Assembly (NCBI GenBank): GCA_012295275.1
Contig: CM022677.1
Coordinates: forward strand, 13,702,001-13,766,000
Length of the DNA: 64,000 nucleotides
Source: Chrysomallon squamiferum
Taxonomy: Eukaryota; Animalia; Mollusca
Direction: 5' to 3'
The position numbers and the translations under genes were made by a program. This document shows positions 12,236-36,395 of this stretch, one piece after another (within the stretch, counting starts at the first letter, position 1; every line of letters begins with the position of its first letter). The notes under the pieces were generated by a model. The model ran no database searches. It was not told the origin of the DNA and saw only the letters and a program-made list of their open reading frames with translations.

Positions 12236-13750
12236 GTAATCTATCTGTATTTATTTCTGTGATGTGTATTTATACAGAGATAAATAGTTACATCTTTCTG
12301 TATTTATATCTTTTATCTATATAATCTACCTGTATTTATCTCTGTATATCTGTCTGTATAATCTACCTGTATTTATCTCTGTATATCTGTCTGTATAATC
12401 TACCTGTATTTATCTCTGTGTATCCGTCTGTATAATCTACCTGTATTTATCTCTGTATATCTGTCTATATAATCTACCTGTATTTATCTCTGTATATCTG
12501 TCTATATAATCTACCTGTATTTATCTCTGTATATCTGTCTATATAATCAATCTGTATTTATCTCTGTATATCTGTCTATATAATCTACCTGTATTTATCT
12601 CTGTATATCTGTCTGTATAATCTATTTGTATTTATTTCTATGTATCTATAAATATAATCTACCTGTATTTATTTCTGTATTTCTGTATATATATAATCTA
12701 TCTGTATTTATTTCTGTATTTCTGTCTATATAATCAATCTGTATTTATCTCTGTATATCTGTCTGTATAATCTATCTATTTATCTATGTGTATCCGTCTA
12801 TATAATCTACCTGTATTTATCTCTGTGTATCTGTCTGTATAATCTATCTGTATTTATCTCTGTGTATCTGTCTATATAATCTACCTGTATTTATCTCTGT
12901 GTATCTGTCTATATTATCTACCTGTATTTATCTCTGTGTATCTGTCTATATAATCTATCTGTATTTATCTCTGTGTATCTGTCTATATAATCTATCTGTA
13001 TTTATCTGTGTATCTGTCTATATAATCTACCTGTATTTATCTCTGTGTATCTGTCTATATAATCTACCTGTATTTATCTCTGTGTATCTGTCTATATAAT
13101 CTATCTGTATTTATCTCTGTATATCTGTCTGTATAATCTACCTGTATTTATCTCTGTATATCTGTCTGTATAATCTATCTGTATTTATCTCTGTATATCT
13201 GTCTGTATAATCTATCTGTATTTATCTCTGTATATCTGTCTATATAATCAATCTGTATTTATCTCTGTATATCTGTCTATATAATCAATCTGTATTTATC
13301 TCTGTATGTCTATATAATCTATCTGTATTTATCTCTGTATATCTGTCTGTATAATCTACCTGTATTTATCTCTGTATATCTGTCTGTATAATCTACCTGT
13401 ATTTATCTCTGTGTATCTGTCTGTATAATCTACCTGTATTTATCTCTGTATATCTGTCTATATAATCTACCTGTATATTTATCTCTGTATATCTGTCTGT
13501 CTATATAATCAATCTGTATTTATCTCTGTATATCTGTCTATATAATCTATTTGTATTTATTTCTATGTATCTATAAATATAATCTACCTGTATTTATTTC
13601 TGTAAATATAATCTATCTGTATTTATTTCTGTATTTCTGTCTATATAATCAATCTGTATTTATCTCTGTATATCTATCTACATAATCTATCTGCATTTAT
13701 TTCTATATATATATATATAAATATAATCTATCTGTATTTATTTTCTGTTA
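12236..13750 (+). repeat. 37-bp minisatellite (ataatctacctgtatttatctctgtatatctgtctgt), about 40 copies, running up to the gap
   Basis: Unit starts at 12321, 12358 and 12395 give a period of 37. Confidence 0.95.
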
Positions 13751-13768
13751 TCTACTATTATCATATGT

Positions 13769-13968
13769 NNNNNNNNNNNNNNNNNNNNNNNNNNNNNNNN
13801 NNNNNNNNNNNNNNNNNNNNNNNNNNNNNNNNNNNNNNNNNNNNNNNNNNNNNNNNNNNNNNNNNNNNNNNNNNNNNNNNNNNNNNNNNNNNNNNNNNNN
13901 NNNNNNNNNNNNNNNNNNNNNNNNNNNNNNNNNNNNNNNNNNNNNNNNNNNNNNNNNNNNNNNNNNNN
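13769..13968. other. Scaffold gap (200 N)
   Basis: Run of 200 N. Confidence 1.
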
Positions 13969-14240
13969 ATCCATGAAGCTGGCAGTCGCAGTGGCCAGGC
14001 GCCTGAGTCCCAGTTCTGTACTAAAGGCGATGACCCTGCTAACAGCCTCTGGTGGAGTGTCGTAGAGTAGGAATGGCTCTGGATAAGGGCCAGCGGTCTT
14101 CTGTCACTCATCTGGTAGCTATGAACTCAGAGAGGTGCTGTGGTACTGGAGGAGTCTTGTGTTGCTTGCGTAATCTGCGCTTAGTGTTCTCGATTGATAA
14201 GGCGGCCTGTACATGTGGTCCGAGCTCGGCTGTAACTTGA
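13969..14240 (-). mobile_element. Mutator-like (MULE) transposase fragment, frameshifted and cut by the gap
   Basis: Minus strand reads ..KRRLRKQHKTPPVPQHLSEF / LPDE*QKTAGPYPEPFLLYDTPPEAVSRVIAFSTELGLRRLATATASFMD. This fits the MULE pattern FLLYD...R...F.T...L..LA....W..DGTF that leads to the first catalytic Asp. Confidence 0.8.
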
Positions 14241-16152
14241 ATACTAGCATATGAAGTCATACGGAAATATTAATATTCAAACCTTAGGGCTTAGACTCAT
14301 CCTATAATTTTTTACTGTGATCTGAAGAAATATACAACATTTTTCCGCCCATCCAATTAAATCGTATTCATTAACATATCATTGTATTTCAGAAATTTAA
14401 AATATAATCATCTACATTATATGCACCCTTATACCTAACAAGACTGACTTTCTTGGAGTACTTCCACCAAATCGTGTTCTTAACTTGGTATACATGTGGC
14501 CATGATAACAAATATTTCTGACTCCATAGTAATTTTATTGATATGTTTGTGGAATGTATTCTAATGATGGCACTAATGAGTCTCAGGAATGGTGCTCCCT
14601 CACATCTTTTATATTCATAGCATGGGTAATTAAGTTGGAAGCCATCTGGGAAGCCATATACAGGGATAGATCTGAAGATAAGATAAAGGGATAGATCTGA
14701 GGACATAAAGAGAAGGGATTACCCTTTGAATGGGTCAATTACAGAATGGCTTCTTAAAGAAAATGATAATTGAGACATTGAAAGAACCCATTGGATAGGT
14801 CAAGGACTCAATGACAATTAAAACTCAACTGGCCAACTTAATTGGGAAACTGACTTATTTTAGAGAGATGTAGAGATATAGATTGACATAGTGAAACATA
14901 TGGATTATCATTGGGGAATGATAATTAATGGGTGAAAGAGCTGCATATTTATGATTGATATTTAAGAAGCATTAAAAATATTGTTTGGCAAAAAAAATAA
15001 TTTGAAATACCTTTAACCTATTTAAAATAGGAATTTTAGTAAAAATGTAGTGTTTCTTTCTTTCCTGTTGCTTTCTTTCCTACAACCATATTTTTAATAG
15101 AATATTTGTTCTCAACTGTTTTAAATCCTGACATCTGCAAAATCAAACCCATTGCATCTTATCTAAAAACAATAAATGGAAAACCATGCTGAAATTGTTA
15201 TAATTCATATAATTTAAAAAAAAAAGTCTTTGTGTGTTTTTATTTTTATTATGTATATATTGATCAAAATCTGTTTTTGTTGTCTGTCAACCAGCAGAAG
15301 ATAATCTGACATAATCATTATATATATCTTATTATATATATAAACAAACATTCACACATACATAAATACACATCTTGTTTGAGTTTATGAAAACAAACAT
15401 TAGCATGAACACCAGTCATGCTGTACGTGTGTAATCTCTCTCAACAGTTCTCTAAAGAGCCAGTTTTCATTCTCTCTCTCTTCTCTCTTCTCTTTCTTAT
15501 TATTCTCAACTTAATTCTTTTTATCTATTTACAAATACGTTAAACAGAGTTATTTCCCTTAGACCATTAACGCATATGCAATGTCTAGCTAAATTAGGTT
15601 TACTACATTTAGATGAAATCGGCTAATTCTATAAATGTTTTAGTAAAATATTCTAATAGTTAGTATTAAATTCAACAGTTGATAAAGAGCCAGTTTTCAT
15701 TATTTGTTGCTTTATTTGATTTATTATTATTACTTAATTAATTACTGAAAAATTCCTATTTCGCCTAAAACATTTATTTATTATTTTATTTCTTTTTCGA
15801 TTTGTCTCTTCAGTAAAAACAATGAATTTGTATACAACATATACACTATAAATCTAGAGCAGTCAGGTGACTCTGGGTTTCTTCGTGTGATATCTGCTTT
15901 GATTTTGTATAATATAAATAAGTGAATAGTTCTTATTTAAAATTGTCATTTTTTATTCAATAGTAAACGTGTCACGCGAGTCTCGATTACGTCATTAGTT
16001 TTACAAACTGTACCATGTAAAACAAGTTTCTAAGGCGGAGACAATTTTGAATCCTTTTTTAAAAATAAAATAATCTATACAGGAGAAGGTGGAGATGTTG
16101 ATGTGAATTTAAACTACTCTGCTGGATAAGCTTAATGATTTTTGTTTTTTTC

Positions 16153-16209
<57 letters not shown>

Positions 16210-18615
16210 GAAAACGTGAGAAGAATGGTGAAAACTGAGGTACACTTTACTTGAACAAGAACATTTTGTTTTCATTACTCCAAAACAAAAAACATTTGAG
16301 TTGCAGTTTGCAGGGACAAGCTCAGTATTCTATTGAGATAAAACACAAATAATTAACTTAGTTAACAAAATAAATAAATAAATAAATAAATAAATAAAGT
16401 TATTAATATTAATGTTAACCTCGAAGATCCTCCAGTATTTTGAGTATACACTGAACCTCTCTCAGTGACATACGATAACATCGCTGCTTTATTATCAATG
16501 TTTTCTACAGTGTTTATAACAAAATTACTGAAGTTGTAATTACAGCGACCCCTGTGCATATCTCTACAATCTGAGAGGTAGATAGGTAGACGGACAGACG
16601 GACATACAGAGAAACAGACCGATCGATAGATAGATAGACAGACAGACAGATATAGAATTAAACAAGCCAAAATTGAACTGCGTAATTAATGTGACCAATA
16701 AAAGAAAAGATGTGAAAAGCGAGGTTAATGTGATATTATATTATAACGCATGTACAAACATTTTCTTACAAGTTCATTTGCCTATCAAATCTATCGGCTT
16801 ATTATTTAACTACATATGTAAACACCATCTCAGTTATATCAACTTAACAACGTATCCTCTAAGGCAAACAGGTATACCAAACTCTTTCTTTTCTCTTTGT
16901 GTGTGTGTGTGTGTGTGTAGGGGGGTGAGTGCGTGTGTGTGTATCTGTTGATAATTGTTTCTTTATAATGACAAAACGACATTAACGATAAAAACAACAA
17001 TAATTGCAATAATACTACTTAAAATGATAAAAAAAATATATATATATTAATAATAATAAAGAACAAATATTCAAACAAGGGAAAAAGAAAAGATTAAGAA
17101 AGGAAATAAAATGTTATTTCAAGGATATATTTATTATAAAGAAACAATTAAATTAAACAGAAATAAAAATAATAATATGTATGTTTAAATAAAATCATTT
17201 TAGTGAAGTTAGTAAATTCAGTGAATAAAACACATTCAGGAGACTTAAGATACCAGTAGTGATCTTTCGTGTATACGTGTTTAATTTTTCGACACTCAGT
17301 CTTTTTTGTATATTTACCAACGTGTTAAATAGAGTTCTTACCCTTAGACCGGGAACTTCTGAAATATATTATTCCTCGCATATGTGAGGTGACGGTAAAT
17401 TAGATTTGCTGCTTTTAGATGAAAAGAACTAATTCTGTATAATGTTTTGTAGCAGACAGAACCAGCTTATTAACATTCCCTGCGTTTTCTTTGTCTTTTA
17501 AATACCAGTTTCTTATATTTTTGATTTATTTAATGTGTTATTATTATTTATTGAATTATTGTAAAATGCCTATTTCATTTAATGTTTTTCAATCAATTTT
17601 ATTTCTTTATTTTATTTATTTTGGTTGAAAAAGAAAGAAAGACGCAGGAGATCACGGCTTGGTAATATGAACAACCATCCGTATCAGTTAAATCATAGAA
17701 GGTTCAGAAAAGAGACGTAAAATAATTGAATTTCGAAGTTTAAAAACTACCGAGAGCTCACGGAAACTTCCGATCGAAATGCAATATGGCAAGATCGAAG
17801 TCCGATCAGTGTTTACACACTTTTAAACATGTAGTCCTTGATAATGCAATCAATTCTATTGGGATTATTAAAAGTAATTTGTGGAAGTATGTCAAATAAC
17901 CAATGCCTCTGATACACAGATGTCTACTACTGAGAAGTAATTGTTGTAAAGGTAGAAACATTTTTTTGTTGTTGTTTTAGTTTGTACCGTTGACGTAATG
18001 TGCCATCTCGTACCGATTTCGTATTATACATTTTTTTCAGATATTATTAGACGTCACCAGCGAAAAAAAAAAAAAAATAAATAAAATAAAATAAAATAAA
18101 ATAAAATATTAGAATAAAATTAAATAATTGAAATAAAATTAAAAAAAGAAAAATTTTCACTGACGCTGGTGGATTAATATTCTCTTTAGGTACATAATGT
18201 GGACACGTTACACTTTTAAAACTCCATAGCGGTCAGCTCTCAGTACGTAGCTGTAAAACGATACTTGAAACCATTATACATTTTTATTTTTATATTCATT
18301 TCCATTTTTAATGCATTAGAGATGGTATTTATAAGTATTAAGTTTTCACTCTTTTTCGTTAAAACAAAAAGCATTCAACTTCTGAAACGTACTATCATGT
18401 AAGCAAACAATGAGTTTCCAATTTTAATTTTCTTTAAATCTTAAGTTATGGACGGGAACTTTGTAACATAATTTTTGTTGTAAACTGTTTGAAATCCTTA
18501 TATCGTAAGTGATTTATCGCAAACAATCAATAAACTAATAAATGACGGAACTTATGATTTAGTTATTTAACTAAAATGCCTGACATTTTTTATATGAATT
18601 ATTTTCAATTTACAG

Positions 18616-25267
<6,652 letters not shown>

Positions 25268-25870
25268 GTAGTGAGAGATTTTGTTAATTCATATTTTATA
25301 ACATAGAGATAGAACTCTGTAAAACAAAACAAAAAATTCAATAACTAAAAAAGGAAACAAAAAAGTTAAAATTCCTAATAATCATCCAAATTGATAAGAA
25401 GTTTCTTTGTTTATATATTTATTTTATTATAATATTTATTTATTTAATTTTGTCTAAATTAAATTTGTATTTTTTTTTTTTTTTAATTCCTTGGGTCGGT
25501 AATATAAATAATGTTCAACAGAAATCATATCTAACCTTCATTTTACATTGCAAACTATATAATCCACATTAACAAAACGGATTAATGGTATTTCAGTTAA
25601 TTTCAGTTCGGAAAATTGATTTGATATACGAGCTCGTAAGTCATATACGATACAGTAGTATCTTGCCTTACGAGTTATATATATCTGTAATAATTATAGC
25701 TATATGTGTCAGTTAAAGTTCTGTTATATACATCTTCATTGGTTTTTGATTTATCGGTTTTTTATACTTCCTTTTTTATTGTTTGGACCTATATACGATC
25801 CTGACGACTTCGCTGTGTGTTGATTTCTTTTCAAATAATGCTAGCAGTTCTTAATTACATTACTAAACGC

Positions 25871-25906
<36 letters not shown>

Positions 25907-26389
25907 TGTGACGAAATATTAAATATTTTCTTTATTATAACGTTAAACACGGATATCTATGAAACGGTTTTATTAGATACATTTCTCTTCTAATATGACG
26001 TCAGCAAGGAAAACTCGGGTCTGAGGAAGAACAAGCGACAAGCGGTGCTTTGCACAACCCGGCTGTTCCTTTTGATGAACTTTAAACTTTGACCTTGCTT
26101 TGATAACTTTGATAAACATTTACAATCGAGATACAGTAAGATACCTTTCTCACTTTTGGTACGGCCATCATGCTGATTATTTGTTTTATACATATATAAT
26201 ATTCTTCTTTTTTTTTTCCGTATTATTATTAAATATGTCTCTAAATTAATAAATTTATTCTGTTAATCCGTTATTTATCTAGTGGATAATCAGTTTTAAT
26301 TTACAAATCCCTGTCAAACAGGTCCTAGACGGTGATAACAACAACATAAACAATTGCAATAACACTAACACTAACACTACTACTACTAC

Positions 26390-26487
<98 letters not shown>

Positions 26488-27009
26488 AAATAATTATAAT
26501 AATAATCACATCGACACAAAAACTATTACTATTGTACTTGAATAGTGAACTGGCGGTTTCAGGTCTTTTCGTAAGATATATAAATAAACCTTTCGAAAGA
26601 GAAACATACAAGGTGAATATATGATTTCACCCACATATACACATTAGTAATAAAATAAGAACTGGATAAAATAGTGTATAGTTTACAAAATCTTATCTTC
26701 ATTTGTTTGGATTGTGTTGTTTGTGCAACTCACATTTTATTAGCAACTGTGTGTGTTTGTGTGCGAATTTATGTGTGCATCTGTGTGTGTTGTGTGTATC
26801 TGTGTGTGTTGTGTGTGAATGTACGTGTATTAAATAAATAAATAAACAAATAAATAAATAAATAAAAATTAAATATCTAAAAAACATATAATCTAAAAAA
26901 AAGTAAAAAAAAAGAAAGACGAATTCCTAAAGCAGAAAGTAAAGGCAACATGTGTTAAAATGTTTCTCTATATTTGTAAACTATTAAATAGCACTAACAC
27001 AATATTCTG

Positions 27010-28530
<1,521 letters not shown>

Positions 28531-29918
28531 CAGAATTTCAGAGACAGGAACAATAAACATTAGCATGATTTTTATATAGTGTTCAGAATGCGCTGTGCAC
28601 ATCATGCTTAGTTAATCAGAAGCACTGTGTTTATTGTCGTGTTTTTTTGTTTTGTTTTTTGTTGTTGTTTTTTGTTGTTTTTTGGTTGTGTTGTTGTTTC
28701 GTTTCTTTCTTCTTCTTTTTTTTCCCCCTATTTGGGGGGAATTTACAGTTGTTTCTCTTAGGTGCCTGGAGCCGTTGTTATCATTGTTGTTGTGTCGTTA
28801 CTTTTCATACTGTTACTGTTATTATTTCTTTATTGTTGACCTCACTGGAGATCTGAAAGCTCGTCTTTTAAATCCTGGTGTTACAAAGCATATTTCGTCT
28901 TTTCGTCTCTATTCATGCTCGAGTTAGTTGGAGCAAGGACTGATTCACAATAATCACAGAGGAGAGGAACAACACCATATATTATTGTTTAATTTTGTTT
29001 TATTTATTTGTAGTTTTATTCAATTTGATTTCAGTTTTCTAATACTTCGTAACCTATAAGCCGAGAGATCTGATGGGCGCAGTGGCAAAAATAAATATTG
29101 TGACGTCATCTTTCTCAAATATAATACAATACATATCACTTTCACACACACACACACACACATGCGTTTTAACGTAACAAGAACAGTAACAACATCTTCT
29201 ATATATATATATCTTCTATATATATATATATATATCCTGTTTCATTCATAAGTGCAAACAACGAAAAAATATGTAAAGGAATACACTGAAATGAATAAAT
29301 AAATAGAAACGTAAATAAATAAATAATGTAATAATGAAAATATAAATACAGAAGAAAGATCAAGAAAATTGCTATGCTAAACAAAGAAAACAAAAGAAAA
29401 ACGTGACTTAAAGTTGATACCTCACTGGAAATCTTGGTCACGTGTTTTAATTAGAGATTACGTTTTGTCTTTTGTTTAATGTGCACGTTCAAGTTAGTTT
29501 AAACAAAGGACTGATTCACATAATCTAAGAGGAGGGTGACAGGGCCGGTACTTTTGTAGAAATTAATGGTGAGAAATAAAATTTAGAAACATAGTTGGAC
29601 AAACAGACATCCAACAGCAACACTGAAAATATTACAATGTTAAATGGTTTGACCATTTTTTTTAATTAGTAAATAATAAAATAGTCATAAAAGTAACTTC
29701 ACAACACCTTTCTACTATTATCATCCGTCTGAATGTAAAAGTTTTCTGACAAAACTGAAGTATTACCGTTTACATAATTAATTAATTATTTTTATGGCTA
29801 TATTGTTATTTCTATTACAAGAAATATAATATAGTTTACTTATTAATTAATGCTATTTAATTCAATAATACTGCAAATGTTTTTGTGTATTTATTTATTT
29901 AGAAAAAAATATATTCTT

Positions 29919-30325
<407 letters not shown>

Positions 30326-31767
30326 CCTGCATCAACTGAGTTCCTGTATTTGCAGTTTAGAAAAGTAATTATGAACAATGAGTAACTGACTAACACTACT
30401 GGTTTCGTTTTATACGTGACAAGTATTTTGTAATGATTAGAATGTAGCTTACAGGCGCCCTACATGTTTCACATTATATCAGTAAGAATGTCTTTATATA
30501 TATATATATATATATTAAACATTGAGATAAAGGGATTTAATCTCGAATGAAATTCCATATTTATTCGATAATATTAGCGATAATCTCTAATTAATGTAAT
30601 TTTAATATCCGATATAAATAATGCAGAGGTTATAAAAACTTATTTTGTTATCGATGGTAAAATTATCAATGCAAATAGTGGTATTCTTTATTTAAAAATA
30701 ACTGATTCTATAAAATTTCCCAGTTTATTATTATCATTATTATATACTTTTTTAATTATTATTATTATTTTTTTAAATAAGAATAAAAAGAAGAAATTAC
30801 ATATCAGAAATAAACCTGTTTTCTCTGATAACTTTACGCGGCCAGTAAAACACTAGAAGTAATTTTTATATCCGCTCTCAGGACTCTTCTTATGAAACTA
30901 CGAATATAGCGTCAAACATGTATAGGAAGCTTCCGGTTTTACATAAATAAATAAATAAACAAAGAAGTGATAAGGCGCGATATTTAGGTGTTATTACTGT
31001 TATTATTGTTGTTCTACTGTTGATAAAGAGAGGACGTTGATAAAAATGTTTACAGATACCATCATACATGAGTATCACTAATTTTATGATACTTATAATA
31101 ATTTAATTATTACTATATTAGATTACTATCAATACTTCTGTTACTTAACACTACACTCGTATTATACCACTCGTACTTTAATATGAAATTTTGCTACTGT
31201 TACTACTGCTATTACTATACTATTTCTCCTATATCTAATAACATTTGCATATAAAATTAAAAAATTATGTAGATAGTAATGTTTAAAATTATCAAACTTC
31301 TATTCTAGTCTTATAATCAACAAAAAAAAAAAAAAAAAAAAAAAGGTAAAGAAAAGAAAAAAAGCTTTTCAATCTAATCTGACTGGCAGGAAGATATAAT
31401 TCACCAAACTGAACAACAGAAACTGGTTTGCTTGAAAGGACTCCAGATTTTACTATTCACCAATACACATTCAAATTCTATACCTGCAAAAAACAATCAA
31501 CAATAAACCCACAGGTGTTCTTTTATATTGCCATGAGAAATTTCGAATCACGATATGCACCCTTTTCGTGTCGATTATTTTGCAGTGCTTATTTTCATAA
31601 CTGTTTATAAAACCTTTCACGGATTTTCTTTTGCTCTCCTGTGGCACATAGCTACAGTTGCAAACAAACAAGTATCGATCCATAGACATGTATGAGATCA
31701 ATATTTTTTATAAATAACCTCTTTTGAAAATAAGGAATGCATATATGTGGAGAATACCCACAAACAT

Positions 31768-32393
31768 ATGACACATGATCAAATACAACTCAGACACAGA
31801 AACACATGACGCATTCACCACATACAAACACACATGACACATGATCAAATACAATAAATACACAAAAACAGATAACACATAATAAATACAACTCATATAA
31901 AGAAACACATGACACATGATAAATACAACACACACAAAGAAACAAATGACACATGATAAATACAACACAAAAAGAAACAAATGACACATGATAAATACAA
32001 CACATAAAAAGAAACAAATGACACATGATAAATACAACACATAAAAAGAAACATGACACATGATAAATACAACACATGAAAAGAAACAAATGACACATGA
32101 TACATACAACACATAAAAAGAAACAAATGACACATGATACATACAACACATAAAAAGAAACAAATGACACATGATAAATACAACACATAAAAAGAAACAA
32201 ATGACACATGATAAATACAACACATGAAAAGAAACAAATGACATATGATAAATACAACACATAAAAAGAAACAAATGACACATGATACATACAACACATA
32301 AAAAGAAACAAATGACACATGATACATACAACACATAAAGAGAAACAAATGACACATGATAAATACAAACATACACAGAAACAAATGACACAT
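31768..32393 (+). repeat. 37-bp VNTR (atgacacatgataaatacaacacataaaaagaaacaa)
   Basis: Unit starts at 31981 and 32018. A shorter inverted counterpart lies at about 56913-57258. Confidence 0.95.
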
Positions 32394-32992
32394 AATTTGG
32401 ATGTTGCTTGTGTAATTCCTACAGCATTATGTATGTATGTGTGTACGTATGTGTGTAGGTAGGTAGGTACGTGTGTGTGTGTGCGTATGTGCGTATGTAC
32501 TGACGTTGTTCCTAACGTTATTCGTTTACTTATTATTTTTCACGTTTTATTAACAATTTTTCTTGCTTTCTTAGTGTGTACATCCTATTTGAAAATATAT
32601 ATCCGTATTAGAATTAACGTCGTTTGCATATTTCTATTGACATCGCTGCTGTATCAGCATTCTCCCTGATGTTATTGGTGTACTTCTACTTATTGTGTTG
32701 CGCTTTCTATTAACTGTCTCACTTTCAGTGTCCAATCATATATTAAAGTTTTTATTATTATTACTATTAATGTAGCTATCTAGTAACGGCGTTGCTCCTA
32801 ATGTTGTTCGTGTTTTTCTTCTTCTTATTCTTTAGCGGTTTTTTATTAATCATTATTCCTACTTTCTTATTTCTTCAGTATTATTAATATTAATGTCGAC
32901 GACGTGGCCGTAGTAATGGCGCTGTTCCTAACGTGTACTTCTGCTTATTGTGTTGCTGTTTATATTAATCCTAAGTCTCACTTTCACTGTGC

Positions 32993-33093
<101 letters not shown>

Positions 33094-34635
33094 CATCACC
33101 ATTTTTATCAATGTTATTATTATTTTTATTATTATTATTTTATTTTAAGACATTTCACATATTTGAATTGACGCTCTCTTAAAAAATTCACAGAACTCTT
33201 TATCACATTAGTCTTGTAAAACATAAACACTTCGGAAATACGGAACAGAACGACGTCGGACAGACGTTCGGAAACTCTGTATAGTTTGTACAGTCTATAT
33301 GTGAAACAGAGAAACTATACAGCAACTACAAAAGTAGAAAAAACTATATATGTATATTAGTAATCATAATAAATAAATAAACTGTCAATGAAACTAAATA
33401 ATTAAATTTCTCTTTAACATCCATAATACCCTTTTACAGGAAAATACGCGATGATGAACTATAACAGCTATTTTTAAATTTTAGAGTTAAGAAAATTAGC
33501 TATGGCGAGTTTTGAGTAACAAACAAAGTTTTAAAATTTGTCAGTCTACGCTGGTTCTCCTGCTCTTTGAATTCGATGTTTTCACTGACATCTTCAGTAA
33601 TCTAATAATTTATAATCTTTGCACAGTCAGGCGGACCCTTTTGTGAAATGGAGGTTGAAATTTTCAGTTTGCTTTGATTAGCGTTTGACAGCGGTTAGGT
33701 AAGATATTTTTCTCACTTGTTTTGGTAAGGTCATTTTGCAGCGTAATTCGTGTCATTAAAGGGCACACACACATAAACACACACACACACACACAACACA
33801 CACATACACACACACTGAAACATACATACACGCACTCAAACATACATACACACACACGACACACACACACACACTCAAACACACATACAGACACACCACT
33901 TAAAACGTATAGCAATATACTTATTCTACTCTAATTAGGTTTCAGTTGACTGATTCCGTTTCTTAAATTAGGTTTCAACAAACCGTAAATAAATTTATTG
34001 ACAAAGCTGTAGAATCAGCTGCACATTATCACCATATTTCATATAATTAATAACGGGAAATCACTTTAATTACACTAACAGAAAATACTAATTTTACTCA
34101 ATGAGATTTGTTACACACATAAACACACCCACACACATACACACACTCACACAAACACACACACGTATGTGTAGAACCTCTCTCTCTCAAAACAAACAGT
34201 ATGTTCAGCTTAGTCAATTAATGAAATACATGCTATAATAATACATTTAGTTAACTAGTTAAATATATATATATATATGTATGTATATGTTATTATTATT
34301 ATTATTATTACTATTATTATTATTACTATTATTATTATTATTATGCATGCGTGACTAAAAGCATAGGTTATCTTTGTGTTCTGTTTTTTTTTCTATTGAT
34401 TATTGATATATCTTATAAACAGGATCGATAATCGTCTATATATAACTATACAAGTGTATTATCTTTCTCTGTTCTCTAACAAAGCTGTAAAGCTGGCTTC
34501 ACTAGACGACAAGATAAAAGTTTGTGACGGTTTTATTCATACTATTTTCAAAGTCTAAGATTTCATTATGTCACTTTGACCTTTACTTTCCTGTCCCGCT
34601 CTCATACGTGTTATATTTAGGAAAAAATGTATATG

Positions 34636-34721
<86 letters not shown>

Positions 34722-35120
34722 CAAACACACATGCACACATCAAATTAAAAATTATAATTAAAGGTAACGCCTTTGTAACAGATATGTAAGGTAATTGCAA
34801 CAAGTGTTATTAACAGTGCTGACATAATATTCAATACCTTATTTGGTAAAACTATTGATAAATATTACCATCCCGAAATGCTGTCGATAAACAGAGTAGG
34901 AAATATAAGTTTTTATTATATATATATATATAATTAAGTTTTAGACTGGGAAATAAATTACACCACAGAGAATAGTAACATTTACACATTTACATTTTCT
35001 GTTTATCTTAATTTACATTATTTCTATTACCTACTTTCTTTTCTTTTTCATTCATATTTTACGTTATTTTTCAAACTTATTATTTATTTCATTTTATTAG
35101 TAGTAGCAGTTTACTATTAG

Positions 35121-35217
<97 letters not shown>

Positions 35218-35449
35218 CTATTATAGTGATACTGTATAAACAAATACAAATATTTCTCAACTTTATAAATGCTACAAAGGTGACATTAAAACAACATCTA
35301 AAGACGGCTACCAATACATTGTACCTAAGGGGTGGCTTCTCGCTTATTGACCAATTCCTTTAATAACGTTGTCATAGGAACTGAATGAGGCATGCCTATA
35401 CTTGCATTCTTTTTTCTTGTGAACGTCTCTACATTATATCATCTCCTGA

Positions 35450-35857
35450 ATTCAAGTTTAAACAAAATACAATTTTGGCGGGTAAATGTATTATCTTTCT
35501 CCGACCTTCTACAAACCAGTTGCTGTGTCTATTATTACTACATGTGTGATAGACTGTAACACGCATTTTAAAAAATTAATGAACTGCTCTAACTATGTTA
35601 AGGTAGTTGTTATTTTTACTGCTATTTACTTTACCAGAAGCATTTAAAATTTTCACGATTATTTTTTTTTCAGTAGAAACAAAAGTGTTCTAGAAAATTT
35701 CAAGGCGTCCACCCCTTTATTGAAATTGGTATATTCCACTCACCGAGTGACGTCTGTCAAAACCGACTTCTCCGCCAGCAAACTGACATTGCAGACGAAT
35801 AGAAGAGAACTGTTTGCAGGTGTTAACATTTTCATTTCTTAAGACAAAGGTAAGAAG

Positions 35858-35924
<67 letters not shown>

Positions 35925-36360
35925 TGTTGTTGTTGTCGTTATTGTCGTTAGTGTAAGATATTATAAAATAAAACTTAGTAATCTAGGTTATTTTCATAAT
36001 AAAATTTCTGTACAAAACTGTTTTGTGTTAGAGTGGAGGTTGTTGCTCAATGGTCAGAGAAAAGTAGCGTCTGGCGATGTGTTGTCGCATTTATCTTTCT
36101 CGATTACTTTATCAGTGAATGAAGCCATTTAACTGCAGATTAAACATTTCTTAAGTTCGACGTTAATAAATCAGAAATTCATTCGTGTACTATGAAATGT
36201 TTCGTTGTTATTACACTGAATACATTACTTCTGTGAATGTCACGTTTCTTTCATTGTCCACATTCGAGTTTTACCATGAAAATGAGTGAGCTTGGTTACG
36301 TAGCATAGGCCGAAATAGTGCGAAATTACCTTGCAGCATTCATGGACACGTCACAAATGT

Positions 36361-36395
<35 letters not shown>

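Noticed and set aside
12236-13750. 37-bp arrays (also 31768-32393) as CRISPR repeats
   Set aside because: Units are head-to-tail with no spacers.
13738-14111. ORFs spanning N runs (also 46468-47007, 46575-46805)
   Set aside because: They are artefacts of reading through scaffold gaps. The real signals are reported separately.
14389-14706. 105-aa ORF with VYGFPDGFQLNY, reminiscent of DIRS/Ngaro pol
   Set aside because: A single short motif with no downstream RT motifs recognisable.
31708-32393. Cys/His-rich 166-227 aa ORFs (also 56914-57316)
   Set aside because: All three frames are open because the 37-bp unit has no stop on that strand. Copy number differs between arms and there is no gene structure.
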